The notes below the pieces were generated by a model. It had not been told where the DNA came from. It saw only the letters and a program-made list of their open reading frames with translations, and did not search any database. A program made the translations under genes and the position numbers. From Octopus sinensis (lineage: Eukaryota): a stretch of DNA of 64,000 bases. Below, piece after piece: positions 14,615 to 26,793 of the stretch (its first letter is position 1; each line of letters begins with the position of its first letter). Location: assembly GCF_006345805.1 (NCBI RefSeq), contig NC_042998.1, forward strand, positions 91,326,001 to 91,390,000. The letters run 5' to 3'.

Positions 14615-15050
14615 TTCTTACCACACAGCCACTCCTGCACCTATTCTTACCACACGACCGTTCCTGCACCTATTCTTACCACACAGCCACTCCTATGCCT
14701 ATTCTTAGCACACAACCATTCCTGCACCTATTCTTACCACCCAACCATTCCTACACCTATTCTTATTTCTTTACTGCCCACAAGGGGCTACACACAGAGG
14801 GGACAAACAAGGACAGACAAATGGATTAAGTCGATTATATCGACCCCAGTACATAACTGGTACTTATTTAATCGACCCTGAAAGGATGAAAAGCAAAGTC
14901 GACCTCGGCGGAATTTGAACTCAGAACGTAGCGGCAAACAAAATACCGCTAAGCATTTCGCCTGGCGTGCTAACGTTTCTGCCAGCTTGCCACCTTACAG
15001 CTCAACCATTCCTACACCTATTCTTACCACACAACCATTCCTGCACCTAT
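14615..15050 (-). repeat. 29-bp tandem array grown from a SINE 5' end, split by another SINE segment
   Basis: Unit TTCTTACCACACAGCCACTCCTGCACCTA x5 (14615-14759), an inserted SINE segment at ~14766-14995, then ~2 more units. Confidence 0.8.
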
Positions 15051-15084
15051 AGTCCTGTTGATGTCCTCATGATTTGTCAGGAGT

Positions 15085-15960
15085 TGAATGAGGAAAGATT
15101 TAGAAAATCAACTTGTTTACTTGAAATTCTGTTTGAAATTGGGACAAACTTTTATGGAGATTTAATTAATGTTGTAATGAGCCTCTGGGAGAGGGTTGTT
15201 TGAACCATACAATGTCATGAGAGGTATCAGCATTTTAAACTGAAAGGGTCTTCCTCCAAATATCGTCTCAGATCTGGACAACTCTTTGCAACTACATGCA
15301 ATGATAATATTATGAAAGAATGTGTTGTGTTCCAAGAAAATAATTGCCTGAAAATCCCTGAAGTTTTTGGAGAAGTTGAAATCTATAAAATGTTCTGCCA
15401 CATGATTTTAAAAGAAAAATTGATGACAGATGAACAAAAAGAGAGAGTTGGTGGAGGGGAGAGAAAGAGAGAGAGAGAATCAAGTCATAGATCTGTTTGA
15501 GTGTTCAAATACCGATGAAAACTTTCTGAAAAGTGTCATGGAAAATCATAAGACATGAGTGTACATTTATGGTGTCAAAACAAAAAGATTATTGTTGTTG
15601 CAGCCATAAAGAGTCATCAGAGTTGATTAGATGTGAAGGTGATATTGATTACCATGTTTGAAAGGGTATGAGGTTGTTCTATCCAGTGAGACAGTCAATA
15701 AAGAATTTGACAGGGGTTTAAAAGAAGCCTGATACATGATTAAAAAAAAAAAACCTGGATGCTGCACCAACCACAAAGCATCCACTCATGCATTACTCCT
15801 TATTTGTGACTTCATGGTAAAGTCCAAAACAACTCACCCCCAAGCCATTTTATACTCCAGATTTAATCCTTGCAGACTTGAAATCTGTGCAGAAATGTTG
15901 CTGATTTCAGACAATAGAATTCAAAGAAAATTTGCTGCAAGACATCTGTACCATCTATAA
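15085..15960 (+). pseudogene. Degenerate mariner transposase remnant
   Basis: N-terminal KFCLKLGQTFME-like stretch near 15125. C-terminal WMLH...H..LLI.DF...YTPDL.P-like stretch at 15738-15880. Many stops and frameshifts. Confidence 0.55.
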
Positions 15961-17880
15961 AAAGCATTCTAGGACTTGATAAAATCATTAAAAGTGGTAT
16001 TTTTAATACTGCTTCCAAGGATCTGAAGGCAACAATGAAGGGAATTATTTTGAAGGAGCAAGGCTGATTAAATTGTAAGTAAAGCAATAAATTTGTTGTT
16101 TTTTTAAAGTCTGGTTTCTTTTGAGCAGACCACAAATACATTTATGATACAATATGTGCAGATTTAATGCAGACTTCTGATTTTCCATTGTAAATATTTA
16201 TTTTTATGCTGAAGATTTTATGCATCGCATAATTCTGTCAAGAACCACAGAATAGAGGTAAATTCTTGGCTGGCTAGCTGAGTATGCAATTAAGCTTTAA
16301 TACGTGGTTAGAATTAAAAAAAAATTTTTTTGATATGTTGCTACTTTCTCTTGAGAAAATCATAGAATCAAGTTATTTCTCTTCTCCTGACTCCTAAAGT
16401 TACTGTAAATGCTACATTTCACAATCTTTGGTATTTTGTGGCAACTCCACATACATAAGGATACCAAAACTACATCACAAAGTTTAGGATTCTTAGAGTC
16501 AAGGAATACTTCAGCACAAGAAAAACCCACATTAGAGTACCATTAATATTTATGGAATAGTGTGGCTGCTACATGCAAACATCCCAGACTGCATCCACAA
16601 GAAGCCTGTCTTACTGATTGGCAAAGATTCAGTCACCTACATGCTTCTTCTCTCTGCCTCTTATATCACTACTACAACAGCTTCCTCTCTTTTCAACTAG
16701 CTAATTTCTTACACTCTTGCCACTCACAAACACTTATTTCTCCTCCTCTTCCTGTTACCTATACTAAATCTCACCTTATAATCCCACGTATTAAATACTT
16801 TCCTCAGTCCTTCCTTCTCAAATTACCACCCTGCCAACTATTTTTTCCAGCAGATGTTTGAGTTAAACATTAGTCACATTAATCTCATCAACTTGGGAAG
16901 GTCTGCAAAGGTCATGAACGCTATTGCTTCTCTTCTGACTATCTTATACAAAAATATAAATCTGAATTTTTTGCCACAGGAAGAAACCTGTGTTTACTAT
17001 GCAAAGCTATTTCTTCAACTTCTATTTCAGTTATGTTTAACGTTAACTAACTCAGTAAATATTTTCATAACATTGTTTCTAATGCATTGTTATTTTTAAG
17101 TATCAGATATAGTGAGAATATATATATATATATTTTTTTTAGAATTCAAGACAGAATACTTATTTATTTCATCTACAGCAGTTCTTCTCAAAGTTCCTTT
17201 TAACTATCATCTCTTTTTCTTTTGCTAACACTTTTCAATGAACCTTTGCTATGAATCAATGCCTCCTTTCCTCTTTACCATTTTTAAGGTACATACAGGC
17301 AATATCAGGCTAGAATAATTTAGTTCTGAGTACTAGTTTTACATAGGTGACTACTTACCACTGCATCATCCATTCTATAAGCTAATATCATAAGCAAAAG
17401 TGTTATGTATTCAGTTTTGTTTATTTACTTATTCACATTTCAAAGCCTGTTATTATTGTTGATGTTGTCATTGTTTTTGTTGTTGTGATTGTAGAAAATG
17501 GTTTATCATGATATTACATTTAAATTCTTTGATTAAATATATTCAAATACCATGCTAAATACGTGTTCATAAACTTTGAAACAATCAATCAGATTAGTTC
17601 TCATTCATCATTATCATTTCCCAGCAACTTTTCCATGCATGCATAGGTGACATAGAATTTGTTGAGGCAGATTTTCTACAGCCAGATGACCTTCCTGTTG
17701 CCAACACTTACAGATTTCCAAGTAATGGAATATTTCCTCATGGAAATTTTATGTGGCCAGGCATGTTTTTCACAGAAAACTGGAAACAAACAATATCACT
17801 TGTATGATAGTGACACTTGTTTACAATCATTATGTGATGTTAAGACAAGGGTTCACACAAACACACACACACATACATGC

Positions 17881-17911
<31 letters not shown>

Positions 17912-17922
17912 TATTATCTTTG

Positions 17923-18423
17923 TGTGGAGGCGCAATGGCTCAGTGGCTAGGGCAGTGGACTCATGGTCATAGGATTGTGGTTTCGATTCCAAGACTGGAC
18001 ATTGTGAGTGTTTATTGAGCGGAAACACCTAAAGCTTCACGAGCCTCTGGCAAGGGGTGGTGGTGAACCCTGCTGTACTCTTTCACCACAACACTCTCTC
18101 ACTCTTTCTGTTGTACCTGTATTTCAAAGGGCCAGCCTTGTCACACTCTGTGTCACACTGAATCTCCCCGAGAACTATGTTAAGGGTACACGTGTCTGTG
18201 GAGTGCTCAGCCACTTGCATGTTAATAAATGAGCTGTGACGTCACTGGTGCCAAGCTGTATCAGCCTTTGCCTTTCCCTTGCATAACATCGGTGGTGTGG
18301 AGAGGGGAGGCTGGTATGTGTGGGCGACTGCTGGTATTCCATAAACAACCTTGCCCAGACTTGTGCCCCGGAGGGTAACTTTCTAGGTGCAATCTCATGG
18401 TCATTCATGACTAAAGGGGGTCA
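17923..18423 (+). mobile_element. tRNA-derived SINE, same family as 742-1239
   Basis: Colinear along its full length with the 742-1239 copy. Confidence 0.85.
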
Positions 18424-18554
18424 CAATATTATCATTGCCCAACACCTGTTTTCATGCCAGTTGGCTGCATCAGTATCTAGCTGTTATGTCCCCAGAGTAC
18501 AGATGCATGGTGCACACTCATTTTAATGCAAGATTACCAAACACATCAGGCACA

Positions 18555-19040
18555 GACCATAAACCCATGCCTCACCACCAGTGCCGGTAGTCTTCATGAA
18601 GTCTGTGTCGTGGTTTGCACAGTCCAGCATGTCCTGAACGATTTTTATGAGGAGTTGCTTCTGCTGCTCTGCCAGCACCTTGGGGGTAAATTTCGACAAC
18701 ACTCTCTGCATGCACACATCCTCCATTAAAATGTACTGATCCTGTGCTTATTTCCACTTCATGAGCAATTTCCTGTATTGTTACACGTCAGTCTTCCATG
18801 ACTATTCGCCGAATATTCTTTATTGCCTCCTCGTTTCCGTTTGTGGTTAGCCTGCCTAAGTGTCCCTCGGCCTCCACTGACGTGTGGCCATGTTTTAAGC
18901 CATTGTACCACTCCTTGATTTGAGTTCCATGTAAGGTATCATTGCCAAATGCCTGCTGAATCTTCAGGATGGTTTGAGCTTGATTATCACCAAGCTTTTG
19001 GCAAAACTTGATGCAATATTTCTGCTCGACGCGTTTGGTA
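18555..19040 (-). pseudogene. mariner transposase 5' half
   Basis: Minus strand reads TKRVEQKYCIKFCQKLGDNQAQTILKIQQAFG...EWY... then GTGGEAWVYG, a decayed TGDETWVY (first catalytic D lost). Contains a stop and a frameshift. Confidence 0.8.
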
Positions 19041-20297
19041 ATCTTGCATGAAAACGAAAATCTGACGAGCGTGAACTACACGTTTGTACTATAACCTTAA
19101 TAACCGGAAACTGACGCGGTCTACCAGTGCGAAAATTTTCACTCATGCACAAGAGGAGTATTATCATCCCCCACCCAAAAGATTTTGCCTATGCAGCATT
19201 AGTTTTTGAAGGGGGAAAATAAAACGTGATACTCTTTGACAGCACCTCGTATATTACCTCCCTTCCCTGCTGTTCGTGAGGCAAATTGTCAATCAAACAA
19301 AAATTTACTTGTGTGCATAATTTGGGAAGTTAGTAATGGCTGGTATCTTCATAAAGAAGTTTAAAAAATAACAAAACTATGAATACAATTCGGCATGAAT
19401 GTGGTTAGGAAGCTCGTTTGTAACCTAGTGGTTTCGGGTTCAGCCCCACTGCACGGCAACTTTAACAAGTGTTTTCTACTATAGCCTTGGACCGACCAAT
19501 ACCTTGCGAGCGACTTTGATAGGTAGAAACTATATGGAAGACCATTGTGTTTGTGTGTGTATTCGTGTTTGTTCCCACCAACTCCGCTTGACATCTGCCG
19601 TCGGTTTGTTTACGTTGTCGTTACTTAGCGGTTCGGCAACAGTTACAAATAGAATAAGTTCCAAACCTAAAAAGTAAGTACTGAAGTTGATTTGCTCCAC
19701 TAAACCAGTGGTTCTCAACTGGGGTCCATATAAGATTTTAGTGGTCCATGCAAGCAAAATAAATTGAAGACCACTAGTATAATAAGAGCTTATGTAAAAA
19801 ATTGCTTTAGATGTATTTATTGCAAGAAAAGGCCAGATGTCTTTCTTGAATGTTTTACATAGTTCAATCTGCACAAGTTAATGTGTAAAAAGTAAAATAG
19901 GTGTGTGTGTGTGATCCCTCCACAGCTTAAAAAAATAGTGGAGGTCGATTCATTCAACTAAAAAAAAACTATTCAAAACGGTGTTTCAGCATGGCTGCAG
20001 TCTAATGACTGAAACAAATAAAAGACAAACTATATTTAGATAACATATAGAAATCTATTACTTCCATTGTTTTATTGACCCTAAATTTATATGGGAGAAC
20101 TTATTTTCTATACATTTCTGTGTCAAAAATGTATTTCAAATACTTTGCGCCATGTGTTCCGATTCTTTGTGTTCTGAATTCAAATTTTTGCTTTTCATTT
20201 TTTTCTGGGTCAATAAAATGAAGTATCAGTCAAGTACTGGAATCAAGAGTATCAACCAAACTCTTCCCTTCCTTTTAATTGTTGACCCCTCTACCTA

Positions 20298-20605
20298 CAG
20301 GCCTGGCCAACTCGAATTACATTGCGAGCCACTTTAATCAAAGGAAGTTTTTTGAGGGCCGTTTGTATACTGACAGAATTGAATGCATTTTGCTTTCTCA
20401 TGCTATTATTACAATAATGAATGAATAATCATTGATTCAACATGAAATATTATCGTTGCAAAAACAGTAGTATCTTCTTTTCCACTTTTCATTGCAATCT
20501 TTAATTTTTGATAAAATGTTTTTAATGTTTGTCTAAATAAACCCATTTCAAGAAAGTATCAAGCGGGCCGCATGCAGCCCGCAGGTATCAGGTTGGCCAG
20601 CCCTG
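20298..20605. mobile_element. hAT-like MITE
   Basis: CAGGCCTGGCCAAC ... GTTGGCCAGCCCTG TIRs; no clear 8-bp TSD. Confidence 0.55.
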
Positions 20606-21049
20606 ACCTAAATAAAAAATGATTTATCGCTAATACAAAGTTTAACCGTGATAATATATTCAAAATCAAGATCCATCTTCTTAAAAATATTAAGTAATGA
20701 TTAAATTGTTGAAAACACTCTCTATCGGAGATGTTAATTATTTTATCCAACACTATCACACAAACAGAAGAAAAAAAGCAAAACAATTTTGGCGGGATCT
20801 TTTTCCTTTCTTTTTTTTAACCTTTGCAATTCTCTTTTGTTACTTTTTGTATCTTTGTGTTTACTTTTTTCTCTACCTTTTCTGCTGTTTAATTTTGGTA
20901 CACCTCAAATTCTGTTTCATTTTTCCTCTTCGGTGTTTTAATGACCCCACTTTTCTGTTATCGCACTTCTACATGATAGCCTGGCTGGGCTTTGCATTGG
21001 TGGTTTGTTGGCGGGAAGGAAAAACAAAGTAAAATTAATTAAAAATTTT

Positions 21050-23215
21050 TGAGCCATACGACGAGTCACCAGGAGACCAGCATGGTTAAACAATTTCGTC
21101 ACACCCTACCAGCCTTCGTCCTCTCGTTTCCCACCTTCTCCATCACATTCCAGTGGAGTTAACTCATACCCCTATCTCTCCTGAACCCCTTCCATCGTCG
21201 GATTTGGCCGTTATTAGTCCTGCTCATCCCTTTATTCACCCCCACAACTCTCGTAATAGTCAGCCTACCGCCATCGCCTCCTGCCCCCCAGCTAAACCCA
21301 ACCGCCAGTATTAACGCTCTTCATCCAGCTCCCTTCTCTACCTCCATCGCTAATCTTCCTCCACCTCCCCTTATTCACCCCCACTCTCGTTACAGCTAGC
21401 CTGTCTGCCTCGCCTCCTGTACCCTACTCAAGTCCCACCACCAGAGTTAATGTTGTTCACTCAGGAGCTGCGTCGGCTTTACTAAGGTTCAAGCTGAAAG
21501 TTTTTCTAACTAGACAGGCAACCGATGTTACTTCAAGCTCTGACATCCTTAGTGGGACAGAACCTCGCTCCGAAGTCCTATTCCTGTTGAAGATTTTGCC
21601 GCCGCCCTCCAGGGTTTGTTCAAGCTGAAGCTTGTCAATTGGATCCCTAAGGGTGCTCGGACTTGTTTCGCCCGTGTTCTCTCGAAACTGCTGAAGAACG
21701 TCTGCCTATCCAACAACACCACAGATTGGCAGAAACTGTTTCTGTCCCTTTTGTTCTTCCTCCACGTGATGAATGGGAATAGTAGATCCCTCACTTCTTC
21801 TCTGAAACGGCAGTTCCAGCTGTTCGAATTTACCTCGACCTTTATTCATCTCAGGCTGATTATCAGCTCAACCCCGAACAGTGGTCGACGACCTAATTAA
21901 AGAAGACTGTTGATGCCAAATTCAGCGGATTTTACATTAAAGGGGTTGTTCGCCTTCTTTCCTCTCTGTTCTTCTCGTCCCATATACCACAGATTCCCTC
22001 AACCAACTGAAGGAGAAACATCCTCCGGCCCCTCCAGATGATCACCTACACTGGCTCGACCCACCAGGTCTTCTACAACCCATCTTCACCCCTGACAATG
22101 TCAGGAGGGCAATTGTCTCTTTTCCAGCAGGTTCTGGCGCTGGGATCGATGGCTTACGAACTCATCATCTCAAGGATGGTATCTCCCTGTCAGCTGGTAA
22201 TGCTGGGCTCGAACTTTGGGAGAACCAAACAGACTTTATAAACTTGTTTTCGTCCGAGAGTGTCCTTGCCTACATTCGCCCCCTGTACTCTGCGACGGCT
22301 CACAACAAAAGTGTGCTTGACCGAAAAATTATTCCCTATTCAGCTAGGAGTGGGTACTAAGCTAGGTTGTGAGGCTGCTGCTCAAGCCACCAGGGCTTTC
22401 ACCAACTTGCCCTCTGAGTCCCCAAAGGTCATCCTCAAAATGACCTTAAGAATGCATTTAATTCTATCCCCCGCGCAGTAAGGGATAATTCCCTACCACT
22501 TTATCACATTGCTTGGTTAGCCTAACAGGACCCCTCCTACCTCTCGTTTGGTGACCACTTCATCCTATCTACCTCTGGAGTCCATCAGGGCGATCCACTT
22601 GGTCCTGGCCTATTCGCACTGAGTACTGATGATGTTACCAAGATGGGAGCCGACCTAATTCTAAATGTCTGGTACCTCGATGGTGCTTGTTTGGAAGGCC
22701 CTCCTAACAACGTGCTTGCAACTGCGAGGACGATGGTCGAGGAACTTGGTCGTAGAGGTCTTAGCATTAACAGCTCCAAATGCGAGCTCTAACTCCTCAA
22801 CTGCCCAGCTTCGCATGAACAGACTACTAAACTATTTGTTGACTCCTTCCCCTCAATCACAATTTCTCTTCCATCAGCGTGGTGTTCCCTTGGAGCCCCA
22901 ATTACTGACCTAGATTTCGAGTCCCTCTTTAGATCCTAAATCACTAACCTCGAACAACTTTTAAAAAACCTTGAAGTAATTGAGCCCCAACAAGGTTTTT
23001 TATACTTAGGAATTACTTGTCAATTCCTAAGCTATTGTATTTTCTGAGAGTTAGTCCCACTTACAGATTCCTGTCGTCCCTCCTATACGTTGACGACCTG
23101 ATCTTCAGGAAATTCGAATGTCAAACTTCCGCAATCAAGCTGCTTTGCCCAAACGGTTTGGGGGTCTAGGTCTGCGCCAGTGCTCGTCTTTATCTCTTCT
23201 CTCTTTCTTCCGCCT
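21050..23215 (+). mobile_element. CRE-clade (restriction-like endonuclease) non-LTR retrotransposon, 5'/RT part, decayed
   Basis: WIPKGARTCFARVLSKLL..TDWQKL, LKEKHPPAP, FPAGSGAGIDGLRTHHLKD, GVHQGDPLGPGLFAL, WYLDG (decayed YLDD), and a GGLGL-like motif at ~23160. 5' boundary uncertain. Confidence 0.85.
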
Positions 23216-24929
23216 ACAATTATCTCTGCCTATCAAGCGGGCCTATCAAATGAACAGAAGGACCACTTTTATGATGTACTTCTACAGGCTACCTTAACGA
23301 CGAGTGACAATGACCTCATCTTTGTGGCTGGAGATTTTAATGGACAAGTCAGACGGCAATTTGGTATCTTCCACGGTGTTCATGGGGGCCATAGAATTAA
23401 TTCCCGAAACGAAGAGGGAACTACGCTACTGGAGTTCTGTCATGCAAGCAACCTATTAATCTGAAACATCAGTCCTCAACCCCCTCTTATTCATCATAGT
23501 CCTCCAGGCATTAACAGAGGAATTCAAGACAGGCTGCCCTTGGGAGCTCCTCTATGCTAATGACCTTGTTCTAATAGCTGAGACTCTACCAGAACTAGAG
23601 ATGAAGTTTCAAGTGTGGAAACAAGATCTAGAATCAAAGAGTCTTAGAGTCAATCTAGCAAAAACCGAAGTCCTAGTAAGTAGGAAGGCGAACAAATCAG
23701 AAACCCCTTCAGGTAGATGGCCCTACTCGATCTGTAGAAAAAGCGTAGGTAGAAACTCAATAAGATGTACCTGGTGTAAGCTATGGACACGTAAGAAGTG
23801 CAGCAATATCAAAAGAAAGTTAACCGGGAAGATAGTTTTTGTGTGTGGCAGATGCACAGGGGCAATAAACACCGAAGATGTACAGAAAACAGACACCATC
23901 ACATGCCAAGGGGAGAAACTAGAAGTAGTTGATAGCTTCCGCTACCTAGGTGACCAAGTCTGTAGTGGGGGTGGATGCTCTGAGTGCGTTGCCACTAGAA
24001 TAAGAATAGCCTGGGCAAAGTTCAGAAAACTTTTACCTCTGCTAGTAACAAAGGGTCTCTCGCTCAGAGTGATGCATGTGTGCAAATAGCCATGATACAC
24101 AGCATTGAAACACGTGCCATGACTGTTGGGGACATACGTAAGCTTGAAAAAAATGAAGCTTGTATGATCCACTGGATGTGTAATGTCAGTATGCATGCAC
24201 GACAGAGTAAAAGCGCCCTGAGAGAAATGTTTGACATAAGAAGTATCAGATGTGGTGTGCAAGAGAGACGACTGTGCTGGTATGGTCATGTGGTGCGTAT
24301 GGATGAAGAGAACTGTTTGAAGAAGTGTCACACCCTAACAGTGGAAGAAACCCGTCGAAGAGGGAGATCCAGGAAGACATGAGATGAAGTGGTGAAGCAC
24401 GACCTTCGAACTTTGGGCCTTACAGAGGCAATGACAAGAGACTGAGACCTTTGGAGATATGCTGTGATTGAGAAGACCCGACAAGTAAAATGAGATCACA
24501 GCTGTGACCGATACCAATGTCGCATAACCAGTCCATTTAAAAATACCCTTCAATCGAATCGTAGTTGTGGCTGATGCTAGTGCCGCCTGACTGGCACCCG
24601 TGTTGGCGGCACGTAATAAGCACCATTCAAGCGTGGGTCGATGCCAGTGACGCCTGACTGGCTCACCGTGCCGGTGGCGCATAAAAAGTATCAGCCGAAC
24701 GTGGTCGATTCCAGTGCCACCTGACTGGCTCCCGTGCTTGTGGCACGTAAAAGGCACCTACTACACTCTCGGAGTGGTTGGCGTTAGGAAGGGCATCCAG
24801 ATATAGGCATCTAGTCATATCAGATTGGACTTGGTGCAGCCTATTGGCTTGTCAGTCCTCAGTCAAACTGTTCAATTCATGTCAGTATGGAAAACGGACG
24901 TTAAACGATGATAATGGTGATGATGATGA
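23216..24929 (+). mobile_element. RTE-clade LINE (5'-truncated, internally deleted) nested in the CRE element
   Basis: APE fragment TIISAY...VAGDFNG...LLEFC is fused at ~23465 to RT LLFIIVL...ELLYANDLV, followed by RLCWYGHVVRM, three ~70-bp UTR repeats and a (GAT)n tail ending at 24929. Confidence 0.9.
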
Positions 24930-25500
24930 CCCACGTTTGCCCCCCTTTGTTAGGCAACATCCTCTCCTCTCCAACATGGACTAATTCCAACAGGGAGATG
25001 GATGAAGCTCTATCACAGTAGAGAGAGGTGGGTTTGTCAGTTCCGGTTACAGTGGAGGATAGACGGAGACAATCTACGTTCAGGTGCCACTCTTAACTTT
25101 CTCCTTGATCAATCTTGTCAATTTTCAAAGTGTCGCCTACTTTCAGCTAGTGCAAAATTCTCAGGGAACTGGATTGATGCCCTGCCTGTGGCCAACATTG
25201 GAGGTCTACTCAGTGTAGATGAACTCCGCATCTCCATCGCATTTAGAGTGGGAGCTGACGTCTGTAGGGAACTGAGATGCCGCTGTGGTAGGCCCCACAT
25301 GGTCTGCCTTGTTGCTTAAATGTTAGTCGCTTCGCTCGTCACACCGAGCTAAACCTAATCATTAAGCAGGCCCTGGCTAGCATTAATACCCCCTCAGTTC
25401 TGGAGCCGAAGGGTTATCGAGGAGTGATGGAAATAGACCAGATGGTCTTATTCTCTGTCCCTGGGTTAGAAGTAGGTGTCTCATTTGGAACGCCACCATC
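24930..25500 (+). mobile_element. CRE element continuation: CCHC knuckle and RLE domain, 3'-truncated
   Basis: WIDALP..GGLL...LRISIAFRVG..VC..CRCG..HGLPCC...RHTELN..LEPKG..RPDG..W...LIWNAT. Confidence 0.85.
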
Positions 25501-25793
25501 TTATGTTTTTGTTACATGTTATTATTGTTATTGAATAAAATTTGTGGACAAAAAGCCGCAATAATAATGCATCAATCCAACTTAATAAATTATGCATCAA
25601 TCCAACTTAATAAATTCTATGTAATTCATATTGTTGGTTGTAGAAACGGACTCATCATGGCTTCGCAGAAGAAGCTCTTGGTTTGATGACACTACATACA
25701 TCAATAATTCTTTCCCAAATCTCCCAATTGGTCTAGATTTGCTTACTGTATCTATTTACACTTCAGCACTAACACGCGCACGCACACACACGC

Positions 25794-25831
<38 letters not shown>

Positions 25832-26299
25832 CACACACACACACACACACACACCACGCACATGTGCGCGCGCAGTTACATGGCTGTGCACGTAATTATT
25901 TATAGTTACAAAATAACTTTGCGAAGAAACTGATAAGAAGAACCCCAATACCTGCAACAGAGTGAATGTTATCTCAGACCATTTCACATCTCTTTGCTAG
26001 GGCACTCCTTTAATGGTTAGCAACAAGAGACCTCCAGTACTTTCAAATGATACATTAGGAATGAGAATGGGACCGCTCCTGTTGTATCGATTGACTCTGA
26101 GTCAATTAATTCTTTGTCTGAGCATTAGGGAGCGATTCCCTGGAATTGATGTCGCTTGTTTCTCGAAATTCAGAATCATTGACATCACTATTCGTTTTCT
26201 AAGTGAAAGCAATGTGTGGTTCTTTTGAGAGACGGAACAGTTAGAAATAAAATAGCTGGAGTAGGAGACAAAGTAGATGCTCACGCCATGCAATCTCAC

Positions 26300-26680
26300 A
26301 TACTCTCTTTTACTTCAGTTATTTGACTGTGGCCATGCTGGAGTACCGCCTTTAGTTGAGCAAATCGACCCATGGACTTATTCTTTGTAAGCCTTGTAAC
26401 TAATCTATCTGTCTCTTTTGCCGAACCGCTAAGTTACGGGGACGTGAACACACCAGCATCGGTTGTCAAGCGATGTTGGGGGGGGGGACAAACACAGCCA
26501 CACAAACACATATATACGACGGGCTTCTTTCAGTTTCCGTTTACCAAATCCACTCACAAGGCTTTGGTTGGCCCGAGGCTATAGTAAAAGACAATTGCCC
26601 AAGGTGCCACGCAGTGGGACTGAACCCGGAACCATGTGGTTGGTAAGCAAGCTACTTACCACACAGCCACTCTTACGCCT
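26300..26680 (-). mobile_element. Full tRNA-derived SINE, CpG-rich copy
   Basis: Reverse complement of the GTGGCTGTGTGGTAAGTAGCTTGC...GGTTCAGTCCC...AGAAGCCCGTCG...GCACTCCAGCATGGCCACAGTC family seen throughout the window. Confidence 0.8.
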
Positions 26681-26793
26681 ATAGCCACTCCAAACACAAT
26701 AATCTATATACATACACTCATAATACAAGCAACCGCACAAATACACGCATGGGCGCAGGCGTGGCTGTGTGGTAAGAAGCTTGGGCAAGTATC

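Noticed and set aside
20770-21050. Sm-site-like AATTTTGG motifs at the CRE 5' flank, suggesting a spliced-leader or snRNA target
   Set aside because: No recognisable SL exon, donor or U snRNA sequence; the motif is common in AT-rich DNA.
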